This document shows, piece by piece, positions 23,661-36,255 of a stretch of DNA of 43,404 bases; the stretch's first letter is position 1; each line of letters begins with the position of its first letter. The DNA comes from Eledone cirrhosa (taxonomy: Eukaryota), in assembly GCA_964016885.1 (NCBI GenBank), contig CAXHJY010000806.1, forward strand, positions 1-43,404. Direction: 5' to 3'. The notes under the pieces were generated by a model. The model did not search any database. It saw nothing but the letters and a program-made list of their open reading frames with translations, and was not told where the DNA came from. A program made the translations under genes and the position numbers.

Positions 23661-23869
23661 GAAACACCTGCATTCCCTGTTGACCATGTAATTGAGTGTG
23701 AACATCTCTCATTTTTTATTTAATATTTATTGATTTGTTATTTTGTAAATCATATTTATTATATTTTGAGGAGGAGGAGGAGATAGGGATAGGGATGGTG
23801 ATGGTGATGATGATGATGATTTGGAGATTTTTGAATATCAAAATTTGTGAAAATGCAAAGAGAGTTTAC

Positions 23870-23981
23870 CTTCTGAAAAGCCAGATAGTCAGTGAGTATT
23901 TTTGATTGGTTCTGTTGTAGAGAATAATCATTTTGTAGTTTGATAGTTTGCTCCCAGATGGCATTGTATAAATCCATACCT
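23870..23981 (-). CDS. PIKFYVE: PIKfyve exon: GMDLYNAIWEQTIKLQNDYSLQQNQSKILTDYLAFQK
   Basis: TTATCTTTAG acceptor, AAG/GTAAAC donor, 112 nt, phase 2-0. Confidence 0.88.
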
Positions 23982-25502
23982 CTAAAGATAAATACAAGTT
24001 TGAATTGATATTTCTTAAAATCAAAATATTACAAATACATAGCATTCTATATTTAGGTGAGTGTGTGTGTGTATGTGTGCGGGTAATTGGGTGTCACCAT
24101 ACATACATGTGTCATTATTTATTGTAAACAGTGTATTAAAAAAACATTTAGTTAAAAGTGAATAAAGTTAAACATACACACTCCTATAACAACAAGCGTT
24201 TTAAGGCAATTTTCCTTGCTAAAGCACGGATTAACCATGGCAACTTGAGAAAGTATATTCATTCTTCCATAACCTTGGATCAACCCAGGCCTTTTTGGAA
24301 ATTGTGTGGTACCCCATCAGATGGGCCATGGGGGGCTGCATCTCCCAGAGTGTACTGAGTGCATTTTATACTGGCACTAGGACCATGTCTTTGACATAAC
24401 TGAAGAGTCTTCTGAACCCTTTGTTAGGCAAGTTTTCTACAGCTGGGTGCCCTTCCTATTACCAACCACTTTATATAGTGTACTGGCTACATTTTATCAT
24501 GGCATCAACACTATAAAGATTATCATGTTTTTGACACAACTGAAGAGTCCTTCTCACCCTCTATTCGGCTAGCTTTCTATGGTTGGATGCCCTTCCTTTT
24601 ACCAACCACCTTACAGAGAGTACTGGGTGTTCTACAGAGTACATTTTATCATGCCACCAGCACTAGGAGTATTGTCATATCTTTGACACAGTTAAATAGT
24701 TCTCCCAACCCTTTGTTTGGCAAATTTTCTATGACTGAATGCCCTTGCTATCACCAACCACTTTACAAAGTGTACTGGTTGTTTTATCATGTTGCCAACA
24801 CTAAGGAATCTGACAAGTTGTAATTCCTCCTTCCTTTAACCTCACCAATCCCAAAGGTCCCATAAAAATCAATAATGTTGATGAGTGTTGCCCTTTCTCT
24901 TCTGAATAATCATCATCATCATCATTTTATCTCTACCTTTCCACACTAGCATAGGTTGGATGAGTTATTACAGTCTGAGTCAAGTCAGTTCTTATTCAGT
25001 TACTGTCGTCCTAGATGGGTCAGAGACCAAGTTTCATCTGTATGATCCATTTGTTAAGCCATAGAAACAACTCCCTTCATTTGTTAGTAATACTCAGGCA
25101 AAAATAGCAGTGTCTATTGAATATATCTAACAGTCCTTTTCTTCACTCATTCACTTTCCTGCTCCACCTTTATTGTAGGTTACCAATGAAATCCATAAAT
25201 ATAGACCAATCTAAACTCAACTTATTCTACCTCTACTCTCTGTAAATTCTCTGCTTTTAATGTCTAGGTTTTGTTGTCTACAGATTAGTTGCTGGTTTGT
25301 TATATTTTGATAATATTTTCCTTCTTAGTCTAAGTGTCGTTTAACTCCAGTTCAGCCTTAATTGAATAGTGCTAATCAATGATAAGTGTTTCAGTTGACT
25401 CACAAACTAAGTATTAATGTGAACAGCTGAAAATTTCACAATGAGCAGCTTACTGCAAAATTTTATTAGAAACTTACAAAGAATGGAGAAACTTTAACTT
25501 AC

Positions 25503-25616
25503 TTGTGACTAAGACTAATGGCTTTGTGGTTAAGTTCTGCAGGAAAACATGGCTGATGTTGATAATCAACAACAATAGAGGGCAGAGCAACCTCTCGAAG
25601 AGAAATAGTGCTGTAT
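25503..25616 (-). CDS. PIKFYVE: PIKfyve exon: YSTISLREVALPSIVVDYQHQPCFPAELNHKAISLSH(K)
   Basis: TCTCTGTTTCAG acceptor, GTAAGT donor, 114 nt, phase 2-2. Confidence 0.93.
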
Positions 25617-25918
25617 CTGAAACAGAGAAAACAAATAATGGTTCTTAACATAGGCACAAAGGCAAACATTTTTTGGGGGAGGGCGGTATATAAATTAATT
25701 ATATCAACTGGTACTTTATCTTAACTCCAGAAGGATGAAAGGGTTGGCAGAATTTGAAACCAGCACATAGAGGGTCATAATGAAATATTGTAATGTATTT
25801 CATCCACCACACTAATAATTCTGTCAATCCATAAAAAATGTAACAATGTTAAATAAATGTGATTTTATTTAGAAAGGTTGAGGGTGACACATAGGATATT
25901 CAGTTAATTTGTACTCAC

Positions 25919-26097
25919 TTGAAATAAGCTACAATATCTTTGTAGCCAAAATATTGGCAATGATCATGATGTAAAGAATGATTGCAAGGTTCAGCACTAA
26001 CTCTCCGTTTGTACATACTTCCATGAAATCTTAGCTCTAAGTATTTGGAGAAAGACATATTCCAACTATCCATTGTCATGCGCCCTAATGGGGTAAC
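25919..26097 (-). CDS. PIKFYVE: PIKfyve exon: VTPLGRMTMDSWNMSFSKYLELRFHGSMYKRRVSAEPCNHSLHHDHCQYFGYKDIVAYF(K)
   Basis: CTTTTCTTTCAG acceptor, GTGAGT donor, 179 nt, phase 0-2. Confidence 0.96.
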
Positions 26098-26611
26098 CTG
26101 AAAGAAAAGAATCACAGTAAGAGTGTAAAGTTTGATGCATCATCTCTATCTGATATATAGGGCATAAGAAGAATGTGTTCATTTTAGGGTGAAAAATTAA
26201 AACAAATATGGCGAACAATAAGCATATATGAAATAGAATAAAAAAAAGTGTCTTCAATGTACCAGACATTGGTCGTTCAGCAGGAAAGGAACAAAAGTGA
26301 AATAGGACAGACAAATTAAAGAAAAGTTAAAAACATTCCCTGGAGTCTCACCAGTCTGGTGCTTCTCCTAGTTTACTTGGTATTAAATGACAGTGAGTAC
26401 AAGCTACCAGTCCATCATAGAGGTAACCCCCTCCCCAGCTGCTGCTGGTACTCATTTTCAGCTGAATGGACTAGAGCAGCATGAAATTAAGTTAGTTCTC
26501 TCCTAGTTATGGTTTGATTCCTTGACTGGGTGATGCATAGTGTTCTTGAGCAACACACAGTCAAGGAATTAAACCCACAACATTATGATCATTAGTCAAA
26601 CATCCTAACCC

Positions 26612-26792
26612 AGTGTTTCTCAACCTTTTTACCCTTGTGGAACCCTTGAAATAGTTTTCATGTCTCAAGGAAAACCTGCATAAAACATTTATCCACAGTT
26701 CATGATTTTACCCACCATTCTACCCACAGTTCATGATTTTACCCAGCATTCTACCTACAGTTAATGCATTTACCCACCATTCTACCCACAAT
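26612..26792 (+). repeat. hAT/Charlie-like end followed by ~31-bp tandem repeat (about 3.3 copies)
   Basis: CAGTGTTTCTCAACC terminus at 26612; unit TACCCACAGTTCATGATTTTACCCACCATTC repeated at 26690-26790. Confidence 0.6.
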
Positions 26793-26956
26793 TCATATAT
26801 ACATTTGAATTTTTGATAAATTGATTTAAAAAGATGCTGAGAATTTTCAGTTTTTCATTCAGAATTATGTCTAACCCATGCCAGTATGGTAAAGTAGATA
26901 TAAAAGCAATGAAGATGATAGTTAAAATATAAAGTATAGAAATCAGTGTGCAGTAC

Positions 26957-27128
26957 CTGTTTGCATTTGCGGCATCGACTCCACATAAAAATATTCTTCT
27001 CAGCCCCAGGAATGATACGGTCAAGCTTGCGAAGATCCACTGTGATGCAACTATTTTCATGCACAAAACGCCTTACATGATCAATCATTGGAGTGTCACA
27101 GCACTTTGATGGGCAAACATAAGACTCT
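26957..27128 (-). CDS. PIKFYVE: PIKfyve exon: ESYVCPSKCCDTPMIDHVRRFVHENSCITVDLRKLDRIIPGAEKNIFMWSRCRKCKQ
   Basis: CCCTTTCTGTAG acceptor, CAG/GTACTG donor, 172 nt, phase 2-0; Cys/His-rich conserved region. Confidence 0.95.
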
Positions 27129-27187
27129 CTACAGAAAGGGAGAGAAAAAAGATAAAAAGCCATTTTTTAGACAGCTGAGTGTGATTG

Positions 27188-27445
27188 TGAAGGCACATGG
27201 CTTAGTGGTTAGAGCATTGGGCTTACAATCATCAGGTTGTTAGTTTGATTCCTGGACCAGGTGGTGTGTTGTGTCCTTATGCAATACACTTTATTTCACA
27301 TTAGTCCAGTTCACTCAGCTGTAGAAATGAGTTGCATGTCACTGATGCCAAGCTGTATTGGCCATTACCTTTCCCTTAGACAACATCGGTGGCATGGAGA
27401 GGAGCATGCATGGGCAACTACTGGTCTTCCACATCACCCATCATA
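27188..27445 (+). mobile_element. tRNA-headed SINE (second family)
   Basis: TGAAGGCACATGGCTTAGTGGTTAGAGC A box, GTTTGATTCCTGG B box, body CACTTTATTTCACATT..CACTCAGCTGTAGAAATGAG; minus copies at 356, about 19180, 26450 and 28600. Confidence 0.8.
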
Positions 27446-27491
27446 AACAATACAGAAACAAAACAAAAATAACATCAAACTATCAACTCAC

Positions 27492-27563
27492 CTGAAGCAA
27501 AATCGTTCAAGAAATCCTCCAAGAGTCACATCATTTTTACCATAAAATTCCATTGTCACAATC
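27492..27563 (-). CDS. PIKFYVE: PIKfyve exon: (W)IVTMEFYGKNDVTLGGFLERFCF(R)
   Basis: AATTTAG acceptor, GTGAGT donor, 72 nt, phase 2-2; highly conserved motif. Confidence 0.96.
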
Positions 27564-27682
27564 CTAAATTTCAAAATAACAAATTTATATTAAATCATTT
27601 GTAGAATTGAGGCAATGAATACAAATCTATACAATACAGAATAGCAGAAGAGTATCTAGGAAGTATGTACTAGCTTCTAAAG

Positions 27683-27967
27683 CAGGGGTCGCAAACCCAA
27701 GCACTCAAAAGGGCCTTTACAGGCAAAAAGTGAGACGAGGAGGGGGCTGGGTGTGATTCCCACCAGTTATAATGCTAATCTGCAATAAGCTGATAGACTG
27801 CTATATTTTTTCATCAAAATGAATACACATAATAGTAAGTGGGATATGTGAATTAGTACAAAATGTAGAGGGGCAAATTTTCAATATAAAATTTTCCTTA
27901 ATTAGCCACGAAAATTGTTCTGCTGCAGGCCACATGCAGTCAATGGGCCATGCGTTTGAGAGCCATG
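27683..27967. mobile_element. hAT/Charlie-type MITE
   Basis: TIRs CAGGGGTCGCAAAC / GTTTGAGAGCCATG; degenerate 8-bp TSD TTCTAAAG / ATCAAAAG. Confidence 0.65.
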
Positions 27968-28292
27968 ATCAAAAGTGATAAATAAACAGACTGTTTCATT
28001 AGTCAACAGAGTAGATTAACTTGATCATCACTCACAATTGAATATGACTCAGTAGTTGTAATATGTACATTTTAACCATATTTCTAATGAAATACAGTTT
28101 CAGATAATTTTAACAAATAATCAAGAATTCGGAAGTATCAATAATATAATTAACTTTCTCATTTTTAAGCTGATGTTTGGAACATAACTTAAAATTATGA
28201 TGGAAGGTTTTCAGATAACTCTAAATATTTTGAAACAAAAACCAAGGGTGGTTGCAGGTAGTTTGGTATCAAAAGAGTTAAACAATATTTAC

Positions 28293-28393
28293 CAGGGATT
28301 GACACATGGGTTGGGGGCATTTGAGGAATTGCTTGAGAAACTGCTGAACAAAACAGACAGATGTTGGTGGCTATAAAGATCTAAACAGTCACG
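28293..28393 (-). CDS. PIKFYVE: PIKfyve exon: RDCLDLYSHQHLSVLFSSFSSNSSNAPNPCVNP(W)
   Basis: TTCTGTTTCAG acceptor, GTAAAT donor, 101 nt, phase 0-2. Confidence 0.95.
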
Positions 28394-28636
28394 CTGAAAC
28401 AGAAAACAAAATTAAATACAGAAACCTTGATTAGTAAAACAAATAAATCAACATAGTTATAAGGAAGAGTTATCTAGGGTCTGTTTCAAGCTTGGGGGGT
28501 CGTTAGGCCAGTGCTTACCCTGGTTCTCGTGATGTGAAGCAACAGAGAGTACAAGACTTCCTTCTGGACAGGACACCAGTCTATTACAGGGTTAAACCTC
28601 CAGCTACTGCTGGTACTCATTTTTAGCTGAGTATAC

Positions 28637-31600
28637 TGCTAGAAATAACAGCTAAATAAGACAGCTACTTCAGCTAAATAGGGGAAACCTCATGGAGGTC
28701 CATAGGTGTGCTAGATATAGCAGCTGAATAAGGGCAACATCATGATGGTCCATAGGTGTGCTAGAAATACCAGCTAAATAGGGGCAACCTCATAATGGTC
28801 CATAGGGGTGCTAGAAATAGTAGCTAAATAAGGGGAACATCATGGTGGACTATAGGTGTGCTGAAAATAGCAGATAAATAAGAGAAAACTCGTGGTCCAT
28901 AGCTGTGCTAGAAACATCAGCTAACTTGTGGTAACCTCATGGTGGTTAATAGGTGTGCTGGAAATACTGGCTAAATAAGGGGAACATCATATGGTCTATA
29001 GGTGTGCTAGAAATAACAGCTAAATAGAGGGAACCTCAAAGTATTCTAAAGGTGTGCTAGAAATAGCAGTTAATAGGGGGAACCTCATGGTGGTCAATAG
29101 GTTGCTAAAGAAAGCAGATATATAGAGGGAACATCATTATGGTCCATAGGTATGCTAGAAACATCAGCTAAATAGGAGGAATCTCATGGTTGTCCATATG
29201 TGAGATAGAAACAGAAGCCAAATAGATGTAAACTCATGGTGGTCTATAGGTGTGTTAGAAATAGCAGCTAAATAGGGGGAACCTTATAGTGGTTCATAAG
29301 TGTTCTAGAAATAGCAGCCAATAGCAGGAACCTCAGCGTGCTCCATAGGTATGCTAGAAATAGCTGCATAATAGGGGGAACTCACAGTGGTCCATAGGTG
29401 TGCTAGAAATAGCAGTTAATAGAAGGAACCTCATGGTGGTCAATAGGTGAGCTAAAAAAAGCAGTTATATAGGGGGAACATCATGATGGTCCATAGGTGT
29501 TCTAGAAATAACAGCTAAATAGGAAGAACCTCATAGTGGTCCATAGGTGTGCTAGAAATAGCAGCTAAATAGGGGGAACCTCATGGAGGCCCATAGGTGT
29601 GCTAGAAATAGCAGCTGAATAGGAGGAACTTTATGATGGTCCATAGTTGAGTTAGAAATAGCAGCTAAATAGGGAGAACCTCATGGTAATCCACAGGTGT
29701 GTTAAAAATAGCAGCTAAATAGCGGCAACCTTATAGTGGTCCGTAGGTGTGCTAGAAATAGCAACTAAATAGAAGAAAACCTCATGGTGGTCTATAGGTG
29801 CGCTAGAAATAGCAGTTGAATAGAGGGAATCATGGTGGTCCATAGGTGCTAGAAATAGCAGCTATATTTTGGGAACCTCACGGTGGACTATAGTTGTGCT
29901 AGATATAGCAGCTAAATAGGAGGAGTCTCATGGTGGTCCATAAGTATGCTAGAAATAGCAGCTAAATAAGGGGAACATCATGATGGCCCATAGGTGAGCT
30001 AGAAATAGATGTAACCTCATTGTGGTCTACAGGTGTGTTAGAAATAACATCAAAATAGGGGGAACCTTATGGTGGTCCATAGGTGTGCTAGAAATAGCAG
30101 CTAAATAATTGGAACCATAAGCTGGTCAATAGATGTGCTAGAAATAGCAGTCAAATTCAGGAACCTCATGGTGTTCCATAGGTATGCTTGAAATAGCTCC
30201 AAAATAGGGAGAACTCACAGTGGTCCATAGGTGTGCTAGAAATAGCAGCTACACCAGCTAAACAGAGGAAAGCTCCTGTGGTCCATAGGTGTTCTAGAAA
30301 TAGCATCTAAATAGGGGGAACCTCATGGTGGTCTATAGGTGCTAGAAATAGCAGCTACTTCAGCTATGGGGAACATCATGGTGGACCATAGGTGAGCCAG
30401 AAATAACAGCTAACTAAGGGAACCTCATGGAGGCCCATAGGTGTGCTAGAAATAGCTCGATTATGGACCATCATAAGGGAGAACCTCATGGTAATCCATA
30501 GGTGTGTTAGAAATAGCAGCTAAATAGGGGCAAATTTAGAGTGGTCCGTAGGTGTGCTAGAAATAGCAGCTAAATAGAAGAAAACCTCATGGTAGTCTAT
30601 AGGTGTGCTAGAAATAGTAATTTAATAGGGGAATTCATGGTGGTCCATAGGTGTGCTAGAAATAGCAGCTAAATAGGAGGAACCTCATGGAGGTCTATAG
30701 GTGCATTAAAAATACTTGCTAAATAAAGGGAACATCATGATGGTCCATAGGTGTGCTAGAAGTAGTAGTTAAATAAGGGGAACCTCATGGTGGACTATAA
30801 ATGTGCTGAAAATAGCAGATAAATAAGAGAAAACTCATGGTGGTCCATAGCTGTGCTAGAAACATCAGCTAAATAGTGGGACTTCATGGTTGTCCATAGG
30901 TGAGCTAGAAATAGAAGCTAAATAGATCTAACCTCATGGTGGTCTATAGGTGTGTTAGAAATAGCATCAAAATAGGGTGGTCCATAGGTGTTTTAGTAAT
31001 AGCAGCTAAATCATTGGAACCTTAAGGTGGTCAATAAGTGTGCTAGAAGTAGCAGCCAAAATCAGGAACCTCATGGTACTCCATAGGTATGCTAGAAATA
31101 GCAGCTACACCAGCTAAACATAGGAAAGCTATTGTGGTCCATACGTTTTCTAGAAATAGCAGCTAAATAGGAGGAACCTCATAGTGGTCCATAGGAGTGC
31201 TAGTAATAGCAGCTACATTAGCTAAAGAGAAGGAACCTAATAGTGGTTCATAGGTTTGTTATAAATAGCAGCTAAATAGGGGGAATCTCATAGTGGTCCA
31301 TAGATGTGCTAGAAATTGCAGCTACTTCAGCTAGGGAGAACATCATGGTGTGCTGGAAATAGTAGCTAAATAGGAATAATCTCATGCTGGTCCATAGGTG
31401 TGCTAGAAATAATAGCTAAATTTTGGGAATGTCATGGTGGACTATAGGTGAGCCAGAAATAACAGCTAACTAGGGGAACCTCTTAGTGGCCCATAGTTGT
31501 GCTAGAAAAAGTAGCTGAATAGGAGGAACCTTATGATGGTCCATAGTTGAGCTAGAAATAGCAGCTAAATAGGGAGAACTGTAGGTGTGCTAGAAATAGC

Positions 31601-33085
31601 AGCTATATTTTGGGATGGGAACCTCATGGTGGTCCATAGTTGTGCTAGATATAGCAGCTAAATAGGAGGAACCTCGTGGTCTATAGGTGTGTTAGAAATA
31701 CTAGATAAATAAGAGGAACATCATGATGGTCCATAATTGTGCTAGAAATAGCAGCTAAATAGGGGGAACCTCAAAGTGGTCTAAAGGTGTGCTAGAAATA
31801 GCAGTTAATAGGGGGAACCTCATAATGGTCCATAGGGGAGCTAGAAATAACAGCTAAATAAAGGGATCCTTATGGTGGACTATAGGTGTGCTGAAAATAT
31901 CAGATAAATAAGAGAAAACTCATGGTGCTCCATTACTGTGCTAGAAACATCAGCTAAATAGTGCAAACCTCGTGGTAGTTAATAGGTGTGCTAAAAAAAG
32001 CAGTTATATGAGGAACATAATGATGGTCCATAGATGTGCTAGAAATTGCAGCTAAACAGGAGGAATCTCATGGTTGACCATAGGTGAGCTAGAAATAGAA
32101 GCTAAATAGATGTAACCTTAGGGTGGTCTATAGGTGTGTTAGAAATAGCATCAAAATAGGGGGAACCTTATGGTGATCGATAGATGTGCTAGAAATAGCT
32201 AAATAATTGGAACCTTAAGGTGGACAATAGGTGTGCTAGAAATAGCAGCCAAAAGCAGGAACCTCATGGTGCTCCCTAGATATGCTAGAAATAGCTGCAA
32301 AATATGGGGAACTCGCAATGGTCTATAGGTGTGCTAGAAATAGCAGCTACACCGGCTAAACAGAGGAAAGCTCTTGTGGTCCATAGGTGTTCTAGAAATA
32401 ACAGCTAAATATGAGGACATCATAGTGGTCCATAGGTGTGCTAGAAATAGAAGCTAAATGGGGGGGAACCTCATGGTGGTCGATAGATGTGCTAGAAATA
32501 GCAGCTACATCAGTTAGGGGGAAACTCATGGTGGTCCATAGGTGTGTTAAAAATAGTAGCTAAATTTGCAGAACCTCATGCTGATCCATATGTGAGCTAG
32601 AAATAATAGCTAAATTTTGGGACCGTCATGGTGGACCATAGTTGAGCCAGAAATAACAGCTAACTAGGGGAACCTCTTAGAAATAGCAGCTAAATATGGG
32701 AAACATCATGATGGTCCATAGGTGTGCCAGAAATAGCAGCTAAATAGGGGGAACCTCAAAGTGGTCTAAAGGTGTACTAGAAATAGCAGTTAATAGGGGG
32801 GACTCATAATGGTCCATAGGTGCGCTATATATAGCAGTTAAGTAGGGGGAACTTCATAGTGGCCCCTAGGTATTCTAGAAATAGCATCTAAATAGGGGGA
32901 ACCTTAATGGTGGTCCACAGGTGTGCTAGAAATAGCAGCTACATCAGCTAAACTGGGGGACCTTATAGTTATCCATAGGTGTGTTAGAAATAGCAGCTAA
33001 ATATGGGAAACACATGGTGGTCCATAGGTGTACCTGAAATAGCAGCTAATTAGGACGAATCTTATGGTGGTCCATAGGTGTACTA
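28637..33085 (+). repeat. Intronic satellite, ~50-bp unit, roughly 90 diverged copies
   Basis: Consensus GGTGGTCCATAGGTGTGCTAGAAATAGCAGCTAAATAGGGGGAACCTCAT. Confidence 0.97.
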
Positions 33086-33087
33086 CT

Positions 33088-33196
33088 AGGGCTAAATAAC
33101 ATCAGTCCTAGGTCTAAACTACATCAGTCCTGGGGCTATACATCTGTCCTGGGTTTAAACAACATCTGTCATTGGGCTAAACAACATCTGTCCTGG
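33088..33196 (+). repeat. Short ~21-bp tandem repeat (about 5 copies) capping the satellite
   Basis: GGGCTAAACAACATC(A/T)GTCCT-like units. Confidence 0.8.
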
Positions 33197-33767
33197 TGCA
33201 GTCGATTGGCAGTATCGGTAGAGCGTCATACACCATGCTTTTCAGCATATAGATATGGCCCTTTACAGCTTTAGTTCAAATCCTGCTGAGGGTTGCTTTG
33301 CCTTTAATCCTTACGAAGTCAATAAAATAAAGCACCAGTAATGCACTGGGGTTGATATAATCGACTTTCCTTTCCTCCAAATTGCTGGCCTTGTGCCTAA
33401 AAATCATTATTATTATTATCATCATTATTTTGTCCTAATATTTCGGGAATTAAAAATCACTCAATCAAAACGTTTCACTTTGATATTTGATTTAAATTTT
33501 TAATTTAGAAAATACTTTCAAGCGTTGTGTTTTCACATTTGCTGAAAGGACTTTTTATTCTCATCTTTGTAAATATTATATCACACTTTTTTTCTTTTAT
33601 GAAGCTTTATTTTTACTTTGAATTTATACACAACTAGTGAAATAAATGATAAGGAAAATTCCAGCAAAACATCTGCTTAGTAGACAGACTTCAACAGATC
33701 AATCCAAACCATTAAATATCTTTTATAAACATTTTACAAACCATAAATGCATCAATCAACAACTTAC

Positions 33768-33923
33768 CTTCTGATCATAATAAAATGACACATAGTTAAT
33801 ATCATTCTTCATATCTCCACTGCTTGACTTTTTCACAATCTCCTTGTCTCCATCGTGATAACAGCTCCCAGACTGGGTTGTTTTAATACGTCCACCTCGA
33901 GCACGAAAATCAGACAGAATATC
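33768..33923 (-). CDS. PIKFYVE: PIKfyve exon: DILSDFRARGGRIKTTQSG...FYYDQK
   Basis: AATTGTAG acceptor, AAG/GTAAGT donor, 156 nt, phase 0-0; D(F/Y)RARGGRI motif. Confidence 0.93.
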
Positions 33924-33966
33924 CTACAATTGGAATTTATATCATCAGCATCATCATCATCACTAT

Positions 33967-34193
33967 TTAACCCTATAGCATTTAAACCAGCCATATCTGG
34001 CCAGAATTCTCTCACCTCTTTCTGTTCAAACCGGCTGTAACCAGCCACTCATACTGATGTTAAGGTATTGTTCTCAAAATAAATAATATCAAAATCTCAG
34101 ATTCGATATTATGTGGGATAATTATATAAGATAAAGTGTTTATCATGAAATTTTAATAGTAAATATAGAGTAATGTAAATGCTAAAGTGTTAA
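33967..34193. mobile_element. TTAA-flanked MITE nested in the tail of an RTE-related repeat
   Basis: TIRs TTAACCCTATAGCATTTA / TAAATGCTAAAGTGTTAA; removal restores CATCATCACTAT-TTAA-CGTCCATTATTCCATGCTAGCATGGG. Confidence 0.75.
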
Positions 34194-34800
34194 CGTCCAT
34201 TATTCCATGCTAGCATGGGTTAGACAATTTGTCCCGTTGTGAGTCAAATCATGTCAGATGACCATGTCTTGCTCATGCAGAACTGTTTCTGGCTTGTTTT
34301 TTATGGCTGGACACCCTTCCTAATGCCAAACAAATTTAAAGCATGGACTTATACATATATATATATATCTTTTTAAGTTAAGCTCAATGAGACAAAATAT
34401 TCTTAACTTGAATTTGAAAACAGAATTGTGTTCATGCTCTACTCAGATAGAAAATATGGATAATGATGATAATGATGATAGTTATGATAATGGTGATTGA
34501 GTATCTTCTTTACCTGTTCACAGAGACACTACTTATAAACCCACTATTAACTAAGGTCTTAAGTAAATTGGATAGTCCAATTTGCATATATAATACATTC
34601 TTGGCAGCTAGTTTGATTAATAAATTAAATGTGTGTTAACATTGTTTTGTTTCAACGCTGCACTGTACTACAGAATATACCTGTAGATCAATACTGTATG
34701 TATAGACAGATATAAACATCTAGTCTTTATATACAATGTCTGCATAGAGAGAAAAATAGGGACCAATCTAACTAGTTTCAATGCTGTGTTAATATAGTGG

Positions 34801-35940
34801 ACAGTTAAAGAGGGTGCTAAAAATCTGATGACACTCCAACAAAAGGACAGAGGGTACTGAATCCCTGATGACACCCCAATACAGTTAAAGAGGGTACTGA
34901 ATGACTGATGACACCCCAATACAGTTAAAGAGGGTACTGAATGACTGATGACACCCCAATACAGTTAAAGAGGGTACTGAATCACTGATGACACCCCAAT
35001 ACAGTTAAAGAGGGTACTGAATGACTGATGACACCCCAATACAGTTAAAGATGGTACTGAATCACTGATGACACCCCAATACAGTTAAAGAGGGTACTGA
35101 ATGACTGATGACACCCCAATACAGTTAAAGATGGTACTGAATCACTGATGACACCCCAATACAGTTAAAGAGGGTACTGAATGACTGATGACACCCCAAT
35201 ACAGTTAAAGATGGTACAAAATCCCTGATGACACCCCAATACAGTTAAAGATGGTATTGAATCACTGATGACACCCCAATACAGTTAAAGATGGTACTGA
35301 ATCACTGATGACACCCCAATACAGTTAAAGAGGGTATTGAATCACTGATGACACCCCAATACAGTTAAAGAGGGTACTGAATCACTGATGACACCCCAAT
35401 ACAGTTAAAGATGGTACAAAATCCCTGATGACACCCCAATACAGTTAAAGATGGTATTGAATCACTGATGACACCCCAATACAGTTAAAGAGGGTATTGA
35501 ATCACTGATGACACCCCAATACAGTTAAAGATGGTACAAAATCCCTGATGACACCCCAATACAGTTAAAGAGGGTACTGAATGACTGATGACACCCCAAT
35601 ACAGTTAAAGATGGTACTGAATCACTGATGACACCCCAATACAGTTAAAGATGGTATTGAATCACTGATGACACCCCAATACAGTTAAAGATGGTACAAA
35701 ATCCCTGATGACACCCCAATACAGTTAAAGAGGGTACTGAATGACTGATGACACCCCAATACAGTTAAAGATGGTACTGAATCACTGATGACACCCCAAT
35801 ACAGTTAAAGAGGGTACTGAATCACTGATGACACCCCAATACAGTTAAAGATGGTACAAAATCCCTGATGACACCCCAATACAGTTAAAGATGGTATTGA
35901 ATCACTGATGACACCCCAGTACAGAAACAGAGGGTACTGA
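34801..35940 (+). repeat. 40-bp minisatellite, 28.5 copies
   Basis: Unit ACAGTTAAAGA(G/T)GGTA(C/T)TGAAT(G/C)ACTGATGACACCCCAAT, exact 40-bp phase with no indels. Confidence 0.98.
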
Positions 35941-36255
35941 GAAATTTGTTCTCTGTTAAATCATCACAAGATGTTATAAGTTAAATGCAGCAAATTTTCC
36001 CCAGAATCTGATCACAAGTAACAATAATATAAACATTTGAATTTACAAACCACATGAAACTACATTAGCAAAATATTCTTGAAAAGTACAAAACAGCACT
36101 ATGACCATATCACTTTAAAAATAGAGTATTTAACACTGCAAAATTTCACAAAGATTTATCCACAAGTAAAGATACTATAAACATTTGAATTAACAAACTT
36201 GTTTTTAGATACTTTCAGTTAAATCATTAGACTTTGTAAAATGTTAAATACTTAC

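Noticed and set aside
27188-27260. tRNA gene
   Set aside because: The A/B boxes run straight into a repeated SINE body and I could not form a cloverleaf.
28637-33085. CRISPR array or coding repeat
   Set aside because: Contiguous diverged monomers without spacers; no long ORF in the six-frame track.
34801-35940. CRISPR array or tandem hammerhead array (CTGATGA in every unit)
   Set aside because: The variable parts are point variants of one 13-mer, not unique spacers; there are no cas genes and the context is a eukaryotic intron. No GAAA/helix III/UH arrangement follows CTGATGA.
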